Below, in pieces: positions 63,583 to 64,000 of a stretch of DNA of 64,000 nt. Origin of the DNA: Tubiluchus corallicola (Eukaryota > Animalia > Priapulida); NCBI GenBank assembly GCA_030141605.1, contig JAQGDQ010002389.1:62001-126000 (forward strand), in the 5' to 3' direction. The position numbers were made by a program, and so were the translations under genes. Within the stretch, counting starts at the first letter, position 1; every line of letters begins with the position of its first letter. The notes beneath the pieces are model-generated. The model was given only the letters and a program-made list of their open reading frames with translations, was not told the DNA's origin and made no database searches.

Positions 63583-64000
63583 TCACGCATGCTCACGAAA
63601 CCAACGATAAATAGATTGTGCCAGATTTTTACTGATACCGTCAACAGATTTCAAATCCTCAACGCTTGCCTGCTTTATAGATTCTACAGAACCAAAATAA
63701 TGAAGAAGTGCTTTTTTTCTCACGGAACCAATAGAAGGAATATCATCTAAAACCGACTTCCTCATTGATTTTAAACGACGAGAACGATGCGCTTTTATCG
63801 CAAAACGATGCGCTTCATCACGAAGGCGCTGTACAAAAAATAATAAACTGTCCCGCTCTCCTAAACAATCAGGCGGTAAGTCTTTATCTCGCCATATCCT
63901 TTCCTGGCCAGCATGGCGGTCCTTCCCTTTTGAGACAGCAATCACACGAATCCTCTGAATGCGAAAGCGAGCCAAAACATCATGCGCAACACGAAGATGT
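63583..64000 (-). CDS. uvrC: Excinuclease ABC subunit C, C-terminal part (starts beyond window)
   Basis: QRLRDEAHRFAI, LDDIPSIGSVRKKALL, HhH VDGIS. Confidence 0.95.
   Translation of the reverse strand, partial: HLRVAHDVLARFRIQRIRVIAVSKGKDRHAGQERIWRDKDLPPDCLGERDSLLFFVQRLRDEAHRFAIKAHRSRRLKSMRKSVLDDIPSIGSVRKKALLHYFGSVESIKQASVEDLKSVDGISKNLAQSIYRWFREHA

Noticed and set aside
1-64000. tRNA, rRNA, IS/integrase, prophage, toxin-antitoxin or defence systems
   Set aside because: None recognised by eye. The RHH protein has no adjacent toxin and the nucleosidase has no defence-type partner. tRNAscan, Rfam and DefenseFinder were not run.

Overview
Mostly core chromosome of an AT-rich alphaproteobacterium, probably Rhodospirillales-like. 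The markers are GcrA, a class I LysRS, carA-carB-greA, bolA-grxD, a zf-CHCC protein and an N-extended aminopeptidase P. Housekeeping genes include def/fmt, lptD/lptG, lysS, fhs, ilvD, glpK, htpG, carAB, greA, recG, polA, gltA, nagB and uvrC. Among them sit plant-glycan/uronate modules (AraC + GH4 CHEV-type alpha-galacturonidase + TogMN-like ABC permeases; a sugar ABC + GH127-like hydrolase; uxaC-uxuB-gabD), a cargo-less LapBC-like type I secretion pair and two tandem paralogous OMP beta-barrels. The clearest unexplained structure is a low-GC glycosyltransferase-like gene (33699-34877) bracketed by two diverged ~360-bp direct repeats. The repeat unit is the pduO 3' half, the intergenic promoter/RBS and the start of the downstream sugar-binding protein gene. 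The two copies have decayed reciprocally. I also see an unannotated 40-aa single-TM ORF, an orphan lptG and a strong, unswitching strand compositional bias. No rRNA, tRNA, CRISPR array, transposase or integrase was recognised. All functional calls rest on motif recognition by eye; no searches were run.
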